From: Phaeosaccion multiseriatum
Taxonomy: Eukaryota; Protista; Ochrophyta, other classes
NCBI GenBank assembly: GCA_965112735.1
Contig: OZ218950.1
Location: 1,798,001 to 1,862,000 of the forward strand
Direction of reading: 5' to 3'
Length of the DNA stretch: 64,000 nucleotides
Shown: piece by piece, positions 1 to 22,042 of the stretch
Numbering within the stretch: the stretch's first letter is position 1
Layout of the letters: each line of letters starts with the position of its first letter
Translations under genes and position numbers: made by a program
The notes under the pieces: generated by a model
Told to the model about the DNA's origin: nothing
What the model saw: only the letters and a program-made list of their open reading frames with translations
Database searches by the model: none

Positions 1-43
1 AGAATAGGTACAGAATGAACAAAAAGAGACATGCAGAGAGACA

Positions 44-392
44 AGGAAGGAAGGAAGAAAAGAAGGGAGGAAGGAAGGAAGGAAGGAAGGAAGGAAGGAA
101 GGAAGGAAGGAAGTAATGAAGGAAGAAAAGAAGGGAGGAAGGAAGGAAGGAAGGAAGGAAGGAAGGAAGGAAGGAAGGAAGGAAGGAAGGAAGGAAGGAA
201 GGAAGGAAGGAAGGAAGGAAGGAAGGAAGGAAGGAAGGAAGGAAGGAAGGAAGGAAGGAAGGAAGGAAGGCAGGAAGGAAGGCAGGCAAGGAGGAAGGAA
301 GGGAGGCAGGAAGGAAGGAAGGAAGGAAGGAAGGAAGGAAGGAAGGAAGGAAGGAAGGAAGGAAGGGAGGAAGGAAGGAAGGAAGGAAGGAA

Positions 393-473
<81 letters not shown>

Positions 474-555
474 GAAGGAAGGAAGGAAGGAAGGAAGGAA
501 GGAAGGAAGGAAGGAAGGAAGGAAGGAAGGAAGGAAGGAAGGAAGGAAGGAAGGG
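44..555. repeat. (GGAA)n/(GAAA)n compound microsatellite, probably intronic in the cathepsin Z-like gene
   Basis: Tetranucleotide runs are directly visible and explain the spurious EGRK/KERK ORFs. Confidence 0.95.
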
Positions 556-671
556 AGACAAAGACGAAGGAGTAGGAGAACAGAAGAAGGGAAAAAGAGA
601 GAATAGAGTGGAACAGGTCCCCTCCCGGACTCGTATTACTCCACCACCACCCGCTAGCAGCGATTCATTAC

Positions 672-3600
672 CGTCACAGTTCCGCAGGTGATCGGTCCGC
701 GAGTGAACACTGCAGAGGCAGATGGGATGGCAGTGGACACGAAGGAAAAGAATCAACAGCCAGTAAGTCAGAGAGTCAGGGAATGGTTGAGTCCTCACAC
801 AAAGCAGAGCAGAAACCCCTCTATGGTCGGGCAATGATTGTCAGCTATCGCTGTACTCGCTCTCTCCCTCTCTCCCTTCTTCCCTTGCTCGTTCTCTTCT
901 TCCCTCCATCCCTCCCGCCCTCCCGCCCTCCCTCCCTCCATCCATCCATCCATCCATCCATCCATCCATCCATCCATTCCTTCCTCCCTCCATCCCTCCC
1001 TGCCGCCCTCTCCCTGCCCACTCCCTCCTCTCCGCCTCTCCCCCTCCACCCTCCCTTCCGCCCGCCCACTTCCCTCCCTCTCACCCACCCACCCACCTTC
1101 ACTCATTATCTGCTGCTCTCCGGAGAGGGCACCATACGTCTCCACGAAGTACTTGGTGTAATGTTTCACCGGAAAGCACACCTTCGTGGGAGAGAGAGAG
1201 GGAGGGAGGGAGGGAGGGAGGGAGGGAGGGAGGGAGGGAGGGAGGGAGGGAGGGAGGGAGGGAGTGTGGAAAGTCAGTCGTATGTCAGTGGCCCAGGCCT
1301 AGGCAACGCAGTGAGAAACGGTGCCCGTTTCTCACTATCCTCCTGTAGGTGGTCGTTTAGGACAGTGCATAGATAAGCTAATAGATACAAGGCCGGCTGT
1401 CAGGCTAGCTTTGGGGTGCTGCTACCTTATCTGTGTGTCTAGTCCGTTTCGTGGAGGTCTAAGCACGACTTTCCACAACCCCAAAGCCAGCCTGGCAGCC
1501 AGCCTTGTCTCTATTAGCTTTATCCGTGAGCCATCCTAAACGACCAACCTGCTGGGAGGTGAGTGAGAAACGGGCCACGCACCGTTTCTCACCGTATTTG
1601 CCTGGGCCTGGGCCATTGACATAATACTGACTTTCAACATCCCCGTCAGCCATCCCTGCACTTCTAACATCCCCCTGAACTAAACTATTGCGTGTCCCCA
1701 CGCAACTCAAAGCGGGTTCGCCTACTAAAGCTCGACTTGTAGCAAAAGCCTCCATGTTGCTTCCAATAAAAACGGATGAGAAATATGCAAAACTCACCCA
1801 GGTGTGTGCGACCGCTCCTCCAACACACACCCTCCTGTATTGGTGAGAAAACCCCACGACTCAAACTCACCCACACAGGCTCACGGATGAGAACATCCCA
1901 TGACTCAAACTCACCCGCGCAATTCTCTATCTCCACTCCTACTCGCCACCAGCGTTGCCAAAGCCTCGTTGCGCACCACTAATGCTGACTGCTCAAGTGT
2001 TTACTGGTGTGCCTACAAGGCACCCAGACAGTCCCTAAAGCAGCCTTGCGAGTATCCTTCTCTGTCTCCCGCCAAGCTCCGTGCAACAGCAACAGCCGCG
2101 CTGCTGCCACACTCGAAAGCCGTGCCCGCTGTAGGGCACCGCTCTCGGCAATTCTCTATCTCCACGGCCCACCAAGCTCCAGCAGCAATTTCCGTGCAAC
2201 AGCAACATCCGTGCTGCTGCCACACTCGAAAGCCATGCCCGCTGACTAAGGCACCACTCCCGGCAATTCTCTATCTCCACGGCCCATCAAGCTCCAGCAG
2301 CAATTTCCGTGCAACAGCAACATCCGTGCTGCTGCCACACTCGAAAGCCGTGCCCGCTGTAAGGCACCGCTCCCGGCAATTCTCTATCTCCACGGCCCAC
2401 CAAGCTCCAGCAGCAATTTCCGTGTAACAGCAACATCCGTGCTGCTGCCACACTCGAAAGCCATGCCCGCTGTAAGGCACCGCTCCCGGCAATTCTCCAT
2501 CTCCACTGCCCACCAAGCTCCAGCAGCAATTTCCGTGTAACAGCAACATCCGTGCTGCTGCCACACTCGAAAAGCCGTGCCCGCTGTAAGGCACCGCTCC
2601 CGGCAATTCTCTATCTCCACGGCCCACCAAGCTCCAGCAGCAATTTCCGTGTAACAGCAACATCCGTGCTGCTGCCACACTCGAAAAGCCGTGCCCGCTG
2701 TAAGGCACCGCTCCCGGCAATTCTCTATCTCCACGGCCCACCAAGCTCCAGCAGCAATTTCCGTGTAACAGCAACATCCGTGCTGCTGCCACACTCGAAA
2801 GCCATGCCCGCTGTAAGGCACCGCTCCCGGCAATTCTCCATCTCCACTGCCCACCAAGCTCCAGCAGCAATTTCCGTGTAACAGCAACATCCGTACTGCT
2901 GCCACACTCGAAAGCCATGCCCGCTGTAAGGCACCGCTCCCGGCAAACTCAAAGCTACCGAGCTGCTGCCTGAGCCTCTTGGCCAAGGTCAGCTGCCTTC
3001 GGGATTCTTTGGGGTTGTAAAGAGTCACGTTGCTCTCCACCTAGGATAGGAGTAGCCGCATGGACAAGGTAATAGCAACCCCAAAGCCAGCCTGGCAGCC
3101 AGCCTTGTCTCTATTAGCTTTATCCGTGAGCCATCCTAAACGACCAACCTGCTGGGAGGTGAGTGAGAAACGGGCCACGCACCGTTTCTCACCGTATTTG
3201 CCTGGGCCTGGGCCATTGACATAATACTGACTTTCAACATCCCCGTCAGCCATCCCTGCACTTCTAACAGGAGGGAGGGAGGGAGGGAGGGAGGAAGGGA
3301 GGGAGGGAGGGAGGGAGGGAGGAAGGGAGGGAGGGAGGGAGGGAGGAAGGGAGGGAGGGAGGGAGGGAGGGAGAGAGGGAGAGGGAGGGAGGGAGGGAGG
3401 GAGGGAGGGAGAGGGAGGGAGGGAGGGAGGGAGGGAGGGAGGGAGGGAGGGAGGGAGGGAGGGAGGGAGGGAGGGAGGGAGGGAGGGAGGGAGGGAGGGA
3501 GGGAGGGAGGGAGGGAGGGAGGGAGGGAGGGAGGGAGGGAGGGAGGGAGGGAGGGAGGGAGGGAGGGAGGGAGGGAGGGAGGGAGGGAGGGAGGGAGGGA

Positions 3601-5641
3601 GGGAGGGAGGGAGGGAGGGAGGGAGGGAGGGAGGGAGGGAGGGAGGGAGGGAGGGAGGGAGGGAGGGAGGGAGGGAGGGAGGGAGGGAGGGAGGGAGGGA
3701 GGGAGGGAGGGAGGGAGGGAGGGAGGGAGGGAGGGAGGGAGGGAGGGAGGGAGGGAGGGAGGGAGGGAGGGAGGGAGGGAGGGAGGGAGGGAGGGAGGGA
3801 GGGAGGGAGGGAGCGATGATAGGCAATGACAAGCGAGCACAGCAATGACAACAACAAGAAGAACAACAGCAACGACAAGACGTCAAACCCTACAACTCTC
3901 TACTCACAACACTCCAATTTGCTCGACTGCCAGCACCTACACCGCCCCTTACCTTTTCTGAAACGCCATTGACCTCCTTCACAAAGCAGTTCATACACAT
4001 GCCCTCCGCATCCTCCCCCGGTGCATCCCCGCACACCGCCCCCGCTCTGGCCTGGGCTGCTCCCTGCCCAAGCAAGGCGAGCAAATCATGCTCTTCTTCT
4101 CCTTCTGGGATGCCGTTCTCGGGCTTACGAAAGCCTCCTTGGGCCACATAGGCGTTGCACGTGTCATCAGGAAGGCCAACGTGGTGCATAAAGTCGAAGA
4201 GGTCGAAGGGGGTGCCGCCCTGGCAGCCGTCGCTCCAGCCCCAGCCGGGTCTTTTGAGTGGGATTGTGGTTAGACATGGAGAGGGCAAGAGAAGGAGGGA
4301 GGTGGAGGGAGAAGGAGGGGAGAGGGAGGGATGAGAAGGGAGAAGAAGAGAGGGAGGGAGGGAGGGAGGGAGGGAGGGAGGGAGGGAGGGAGGGAGGGAG
4401 GGAGGGAGGGAGGGAGGGAGGGAGGGAGGGAGGGAGGGAGGGAGGGAGGGAGGGAGGGAGGGAGGGAGGGAGGGAGGGAGGGAGGGAGGGAGGGAGGGAG
4501 GGAGGGAGGGAGGGAGGGAGGGAGGGAGGGAGGGAGGGAGGGAGGGAGGGAGGGAGGGAGGGAGGGAGGGAGGGAGGGAGGGAGGGAGGGAGGGAGGGAG
4601 GGAGGGAGGGAGGGAGGGAGGGAGGGAGGGAGGAGGGGTGAAGCGAAGGGATGAGGAGGGAGGCCGACATGCGGTCAAGGTCAAGAGGAGAGGGGAAGAC
4701 TTGGAGCGAGTGGGGTGTTTAGAACGCAGACACACACAGAGACAAAGAGAGGGTGAGGGGATGGAAGTGAAGATGCTCTGTCTTCCTCTCCCTCTCCCTA
4801 TCTCTGTGTGTGTGTGCGAGAGAGAGCGCGCGCGTGCTTGCTTACCCGCAGCTCAGGAAGCTCTGGCGTGAGAGCAGGATTGGCTGCCCAACGGCCCTCT
4901 TGGCGATGTTGATGCGGTCCTGCACTGCCGCCAGAGTGGCGTGTGCGTAGCAGCTGCCACAGTACGACTGGGATGCGATGCGATATCGCGGGAAAGAGTC
5001 ACCGAGGAGCAGCAGGTCAGAGGGAGGGAGGATGACAGCGATGAGTCACCACCAGGCATGCATCATGTCAGGGCAAGAGGGAAGGAGGGCTTAAGCTTAG
5101 CCGCAAAGAGGGTGTAGCGAAGAGGCAGGGGGTGGCAATTAGGCAACTTGTGGCTAGGGCCTCTACAACCGCAAACAAGGGAGCGAGGGCTTAAGCTTAG
5201 CCACGAAGAGGGTGCAGCGAAGAGAGGATGGCAATTAGGCAACTCGGCTGGGGCCTATCACCGCAAACACCACAACGGAGAGGAAACGACGCATCGTCGG
5301 CGCAGAGACTCACGGGGATGTGCTGGTTCCACGAGGCCGTGAGGAAGTTAACGCCGGCCACATCGGACCAATCGAAGGTATCTGGTAGGTCGTTGATCAG
5401 CTCCGCAGGTGGCTCTACTCCATACTCTGGTGTTTACGAGATAGAGGCCAGCAAGAGAGAGTGAGACTCAACTTTCCCAGGCCGGGGGAGCAAGAAGGAT
5501 GGAGAGCGTACCTGGCAGCACAACCGGGGATACGCGGGAAAACGTCGCCTCTGCTGCTTCTGAGGATGAAGAGGATTCGTCTGCCGCTGCAGTCCGGCCT
5601 CCGTAGCAGAGGTAGATGGCAACAACGTAGCGTAGCTGCAT
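672..5641 (-). CDS. Cathepsin Z/X-like papain-family (C1A) cysteine protease, multi-exon; the 3' part runs off the left edge
   Basis: GT-AG exons at ~5641-5512, 5426-5314, 4967-4846, 4250-3953, 1181-1097 and 709-672 splice to MQLRYVVAIYLC...LPDTFDWSDVAGVNFLTASWNQHIP|SYCGSCYAH...DRINIAK...LSRQSFLSCG...GCQGG...LPDDTCNAY...QIMSE|VFTRGPITCG. NQHIPxYCGSC is the cathepsin X signature. Confidence 0.88.
1265..3269 (-). mobile_element. Non-autonomous LTR-retroelement derivative (TRIM-like) inserted in an intronic (GGGA)n tract
   Basis: Identical 194-bp direct repeats at 1476-1669 and 3076-3269 start TGTTAGAAG on the minus strand. PPT-like AGGGGGA (1676-1670) abuts the second repeat. A diverged inverted LTR copy at 1265-1477 has 11-bp terminal inverted repeats TGTGGAAAGTC/GACTTTCCACA. 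The whole unit is TG...CA, flanked by GGAG on both sides, with no recognisable gag/pol. Confidence 0.75.
2079..2946. repeat. Minisatellite, ~7.6 copies of a 113-115 bp unit, inside the LTR-like element
   Basis: Unit CCGTG(T/C)AACAGCAACATCCGTGCTGCTGCCACACTCGAAAGCC... starts at 2079, 2192, 2307, 2420, 2533, 2647, 2761 and 2874. Confidence 0.95.
3270..3813. repeat. (GGGA)n microsatellite, intronic
   Basis: Directly visible; a similar run lies at ~4350-4632. Confidence 0.95.
5085..5268. repeat. Two diverged tandem copies of a ~90-100 bp unit in a cathepsin intron
   Basis: GAGGGCTTAAGCTTAGCC...GGCAATTAGGCAACT...ACCGCAAAC at ~5085-5176 and ~5185-5268. Confidence 0.8.
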
Positions 5642-6009
5642 TTTCTCCAGCTGGAGGCACCACACTAAACAAGAAAGGAAGCAAGAGAGGGCGAGAGAGG
5701 TGGAAGAGGGAGATAAACAAGAGGAAGAGAAATAAGAGAGGGAGTGGGGAGGAGAGACTCTTCCATAGGGGGGGGGGGGTATATATGGTGCGGGTGAAGT
5801 AAAATAGAGGAAAGAAGGAAGAAAAACTTTATTTTTGTCAAAGGGCGTGGACTGCCATCGTTTTGCTTGGGCTTGGGCCAACTCTCCTCCTTTCTCATTC
5901 ATTTCTTCGCTCCCTCTTCTTTTGCAGGTTAGAAACAGCTGCCCTTGCCTACGGCCTACGGCCTGCTCCTGTGGGTTGGTGTTGTTGAGCGTGTGAGCCT
6001 TGCGCCACC

Positions 6010-17063
<11,054 letters not shown>

Positions 17064-17084
17064 GGGGGGGGGGGGATGGGAGGG

Positions 17085-17220
17085 GGGGGATCAGCGGTAG
17101 AGGGGGACAGCAGAGCCGTGTGAGGGGGGGGGGTGGAAGGGTGTTGATCAGCGGTAGAGGGGGGCAGCAGAGCCGTGTGAGGGGGGGGGGTGGGAGGGGG
17201 TGGATCAGCGGTAGAGGGGG
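17085..17220. repeat. ~2.5 copies of a ~55-60 bp G-rich unit in the ABCC 3' region
   Basis: GATCAGCGGTAGAGGGGG..CAGCAGAGCCGTGTGAGGGGG repeated. Confidence 0.8.
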
Positions 17221-18097
17221 GTTGGGCAGCATGGTACCAAGAGAGAGTGCATCGGCGGCAGAGAGAGGCAACAGGGACATCCAACAGGGCAGTGAGAGAG
17301 GGGGGGGCAGCAGCGATGTTGGAGGGAGGGAGGGAGGGAGGAGTGAGGGAGGGGAGCGATGGATGGATAAATCCAATCCACAATGAGTGTGTGCAGTGGA
17401 CACGGAAACAAACGCAAAACGACTAAACAACAGTTGAGTCTCAAGCAGGGCACCACACACACCCCGCCAGGCGCCATTCGCACGCACACCGAAGGACGAC
17501 CGGGTGGATGAGTGCACTGTGACGTCTCTCCTTTTCAATTTATAAAAGTTACCAAGTATATAAAGAGTCTTGTATATTAGTCTAGTTAATTGCGTGTCGC
17601 GGCTTTTGTATGTAATCTTATGTAATCTTCCTTGTGGAGAGACGAGACAAAGCGGTGTGCATCAGCCTGGCACAGGCTCTGTCTAGTTGGGTCTCCTCCC
17701 GAGAGCCGCAAGCAACGGCGCTTCCTCTTTCCCTCCCTCTCGTCCCCGGTAAGACCTTCTGAAACGGTTCTAAAGCACCCCCAAGACGTTCTGAAACGCT
17801 TCTAATGCACCCCCCACGCCCCCTGCCGGAGCAGAATCTGATGTTAGCATTGCTGCCGTACCGTGCACCATACTCAAAACGAACAAACCCAAACTCAAAT
17901 TCACTGCTGCAAGTTGCAAAGCGTGGCTGACTGGAGGTCTGGTCTGTTCAGTGTGTGTGTTCAGGGGGGCCGCAGCAGCACTCATTCGGCGCTCTCCGCC
18001 TTTGGGGGGGGGGGAGGAATCCCTCACAAGCATCAATCATTACTTCCATCATCAGCCCTCTCTTGTCATTCATCAGTCTCCTTCGACCATGATCATA

Positions 18098-18255
18098 CCC
18101 TTGACTTATTCATCAGTCTCGAGTAGCCCCTTGACTTATTCATCAGTCTCGAGTAGCCCCTTGACTTATTCATCAGTCTCGAGTAGCCCCTTGACTTATT
18201 CATCAGTCTCGAGTAGCCCCTTGACTTATTCATCAGTCTCGAGTAGGCCCTTGAC
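18098..18255. repeat. Five tandem 30-bp units spanning the CCB1 stop codon
   Basis: CCCTTGACTTATTCATCAGTCTCGAGTAG(C/G) x5; on the minus strand each unit reads VKGLLETDE*. Confidence 0.95.
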
Positions 18256-19142
18256 TCTGATCATGCCCTTCTCCTGGAGCCCCATGGCCTTGCTCATCCG
18301 ATCGAGCTCCTCCTCGCCAGCTGTGATTTGCATCTCCACCACCTCATCGCCCGTCATTGTCTCGAGACGGACCACCGCCTTGTCCTGAACGGGGGGAGGG
18401 AGGGAAGGGAAGAGAAGATGAGAGAAGGAGCGAGCGAGTTAACGCAAACACCACCAGCAAAGCAAGTACCCACACACATTTTCTCCTCCTACTCCTCTTC
18501 CTCCTCCTCCTCCCACATCAGTCCTCCTCCCGCCCCTCTCCTCCTCCCACGCCCCTGCTCTCTCTCCTCTCCTTCTTCCCACCACCACCTCCTCCCCAAC
18601 CCATCCACCCCCCCCCCCCCCTCCGCCTCCCCCTCCCTTCACGCTCACCTCGCGTGAGGAATTTTGCCAATAGTACACCCCGGCATAGGGCGAGAGCAGC
18701 ACCAGCGCAAACCAATAGGCACCCACATCCGGGAACTGAATCTGCAGCACCAGTGCCAGCGTGGCCAGACAGAGGGCAGTACAGAACACGAGGAAGAAGG
18801 CCTGCCCCTTGCTCGCCTGAATGTTACCCTCGAAGGTGATCTTCTCGCCAATGTCACCGACCTTTTGTGGGGTATGGGGTATGGGGAAAGGGGTGCAGGG
18901 TATGAGGTACAAAGGGCATGGGGTATAGGGTACACAGGGCATGGGGTATAGAGTATACCTGGGTTGAGTGGGGTTCAGTGGGGTTGGATGCGTGGGTGAG
19001 AAGTACAAAGGGTGGGTGTGTGGGGGTGGTGGGTGGGTTGGGCTGTGTGTGTGCGTGTGTGGTGTGCGTGGTGTGTGCGTGGTGTGTGCGTGATGTGTGC
19101 GTCTCCTCCTCCTCCTCCTCCTCCTCTTCCTCCTCCTCCTCC

Positions 19143-19174
<32 letters not shown>

Positions 19175-20559
19175 TTCCTCTTCCTCCTCCTCCCCCTCCT
19201 CCCCATCCCCCCCCCCCTCCTCCTCCTCCTCCTCCCCATCCCCCTCCCCTCCCCTTCCCCTCCCCTTCCTTACCTTATAGTTGTTATCCGTAAAGTAGGC
19301 AATAATCTCGGCCGCTGTCTGCTTCACTTCCTTGGCTCCTTCCTGAGCAGAGGGGCCGGGCATCTCATACACCCTCTCCTTGTACTTTGTCTTGGCCGCT
19401 CGCTTGATCACAGACCACAAGCCTACGGACACACATGAGGAGGAGGTCAGTTTTCAGTGCACATGTATGTGGATACCTTATCAAAAGTATCGAACACCAT
19501 AAATGGGATCGATGTATTATATCGAAGCGAGGAGGAGGAGGATACATAGGCAGCAAAAGTGGAAACATATGGAGAGGGGCCAGGGTATGGGACACGGCCT
19601 GTGATTCCGGAGTACCAACACGCGCACGCGCAACCCCTTTTCACCCCTTTTCGCGCGCACATGGGACGCGTGACCCATCCATTCCTTCCACTGCCATCCC
19701 TCCACCTCTCCACGCTTCCACTGCCATCCCTCCACCACTCTATGCTCCCACTGCCATCCCTCCTTCCACTGCCATCCCTCCACCACTCCATGCTCCCACT
19801 GCCATCCCTCCTTCCACTGCCATCCCTCCTTCCGCTGCCATCCCTCCTTCCACTTCCATCCCTCCTTCCACTGCCATCGCTCCACCACTCCATGCTTCCA
19901 TTGTCATCCCTCCTTCCAGCCATCCCTCCTTCCAGCCATCCCTCCCTCCCCTCACTCCCTCCTCTCTCAATCACTCAAACACTCACTCACTCACTCACTC
20001 ACAAACTCACCCCCTCGCTCCCTCCCTCCCCCCCACCCCCTCACTCACTCACTCCCTCACTCACCGGGAAATGACAGTACGTAGAGACCAAGCGTCGTGT
20101 AGTAGCTCGCTGAGAGGACCAAAAGGGATGGCAGTGCAAGAAAAGGGGGTGGCACAAATGGCAAGGCGTGAATGGGTATGAGTGGGTATGAGTGGGTATG
20201 AGTGGGCGTTTGAATATGTGGAGAGGCCTACGCTGTTCCTCATCGGAATTAATGGGAAGGTCTGTTGTCTGTCTGTCTGCCTGCCTGTCTGTCTGTCTGT
20301 CTATCTGTGTATCTATCTGTCTGTCTGTCTGCCTGTCTGTCTGTCTGTCTATCTGTGTATCTATCTGTCTGCCTGCTTGTCTGTCTGTCTGTCTGTCTGT
20401 CTATCTGTGTATCTGTCTGTCTGCCTGTCTGCCTGCCTGCCTCTCTGTCTGTCTGTCTCTCTGTGTATCTGTCTGCCTGTCTCTATCTATCTGTCTGTCT
20501 GTCTGCCTGTCTGTCTGTCTCACTGTCTGCCTGTCTATCTGTGTATCTATCTGTCTGCC

Positions 20560-20628
<69 letters not shown>

Positions 20629-20649
20629 GTGTATCTATCTGTCTGCCTA

Positions 20650-20694
<45 letters not shown>

Positions 20695-21677
20695 ATGTCT
20701 GTCTGCCTGTCCTCCCTACACACACGGCTGCTGCTCATTCTCTTTCGTCTCACGCAGAAGAGGTAAGGGACGGGGGGTATACATTGCCCTCCACCCCTCC
20801 TCTTCTTCTCAAGCAACATGGCTTTCCAGGATAACTAGTTCTGTGTAGTAGCGGTAGTAGTAGTAGAGTAGAGTCAACATTGGTGAGTGGAGTTACCACG
20901 AGAGTTCACAGTGAGTAGTGTACCTTTGCTGTAGGTGGGGACGAACTCCTCGCTCAGCAGGAGGCCCGACACTCCGCTTAGCGCTTCATGCGCCTGCGTA
21001 AGGACAGAAGGGTCCATCATAGACAACGCAGACCCTCTCTTTCGACTGCTTGGCCGGCTGCTGCTCGTGCTCCTAAACCCCACCCCTCGCGACGCACAGC
21101 TCGACCATGCTGGGTATTGGGGGAGGGGAGGCAGGGGCGAGAGGAGGGGGGAGGCACAGCCAACAAGTAGTTCGAGTAAGAGGCGGAGATGGTTGATCAA
21201 TTGAGATGCATAGGCAACACCCGACAGGATGCCACAAAGACCTGAGACCCACCCGCCCGGCCGCGATCACCTCCCGCTCCCACCAACCACCCCAACACCT
21301 CCCTCTGCGTATCACCTATACCATGCTATGCGCTGCCCCATCTAGCCCTCTATCCATCCCCCTCTTCTGGCCTGCTGCTGTGCTGACTCATGTCAAACAT
21401 GCGTGGCGTTGCCATTGTCATGTTTGCCTCCGGCTGCTGCCGCAACTCAACAACCACCCCCCACCCGCAATGGCCCGGCAGCGGGTCTGGCAAGCATGCA
21501 CAACTCACATGAGCAAACAGTGCCATGTGCTCCACCGGAAGCGCTTCCCTTGATTGCTGAAGGTGCCGCTGCCAACCCCCCTCCCGGTCCTGCTGCTGGC
21601 AGGACTGAGAAACCCTCCACAGCCGCCGCAGCCACCAAGGTCAGGGCCGCTCCTCTAATCAAGCCGCAGGACTTCAT
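18226..21677 (-). CDS. CCB1: CCB1, cytochrome b6f heme ci assembly factor, plastid-targeted
   Basis: MKSCGLIRGAALTLVAAAAVEG-F presequence. Exons splice to ...YSK|ASYYTTLGLYVLSFP|GLWSVIKRAAK...AAEIIAYFTDNNYK|VGDIGEKITFEG...QAFFLVFC...LLSPYAGVYYW...EKGMIRVKGLLETDE*, matching recalled plant/algal CCB1 motifs. Confidence 0.9.
19684..19905. repeat. Intronic minisatellite built on CCACTGCCATCCCTCC
   Basis: About 10 mixed 18/30-bp units are visible. Confidence 0.85.
20262..20710. repeat. (TCTG)n degenerate microsatellite, CCB1 intron
   Basis: Directly visible; source of the CLSV ORFs. Confidence 0.95.
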
Positions 21678-22042
21678 TGCCACACCCGCCAAGTTTCAAC
21701 CAAGCAGCAAGAAAAGGGGATGGAGGGAGATGTGAATCGTGAAGAGGGGGCCTCAAATGGAATCCTATGGGCAGGATTGGCTACGGCCCTGTGAGGGATC
21801 TGTGAGGATGGCCTGGATATCAACTCTCTCGTCTTAGCCACTAAGTACTTCATTCCGTGGAAGCAGCAGTAGCAGAATATCCCCCTCCCAGAGCGAGAGG
21901 GTGAAGAGAAGGGCCTTTTTGCCACCTTTGAAGGAGAGGGAGACGCGGAGAGAAGGAGAGGAGCGAGAGAGGGTGGGAGAGAGAAAGAAGGGCGTGAAGG
22001 AGAGAAGCCTCGGCAAGCACACCTAGGAAGTCGACAGTAGGT

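Noticed and set aside
2079-2946. Regular array resembling a CRISPR or a coding repeat
   Set aside because: Whole units are repeated with no unique spacers, unit lengths of 113-115 bp break frame, the context is eukaryotic, and there are no cas genes
31-4735. Long ORFs rich in EGRK, PPSL or GREG
   Set aside because: They are translations of stop-free microsatellites within introns (apart from embedded true cathepsin exons)
17770-18036. 88-aa minus-strand ORF downstream of CCB1
   Set aside because: No recognisable motif; it lies in the convergent 3' UTR region
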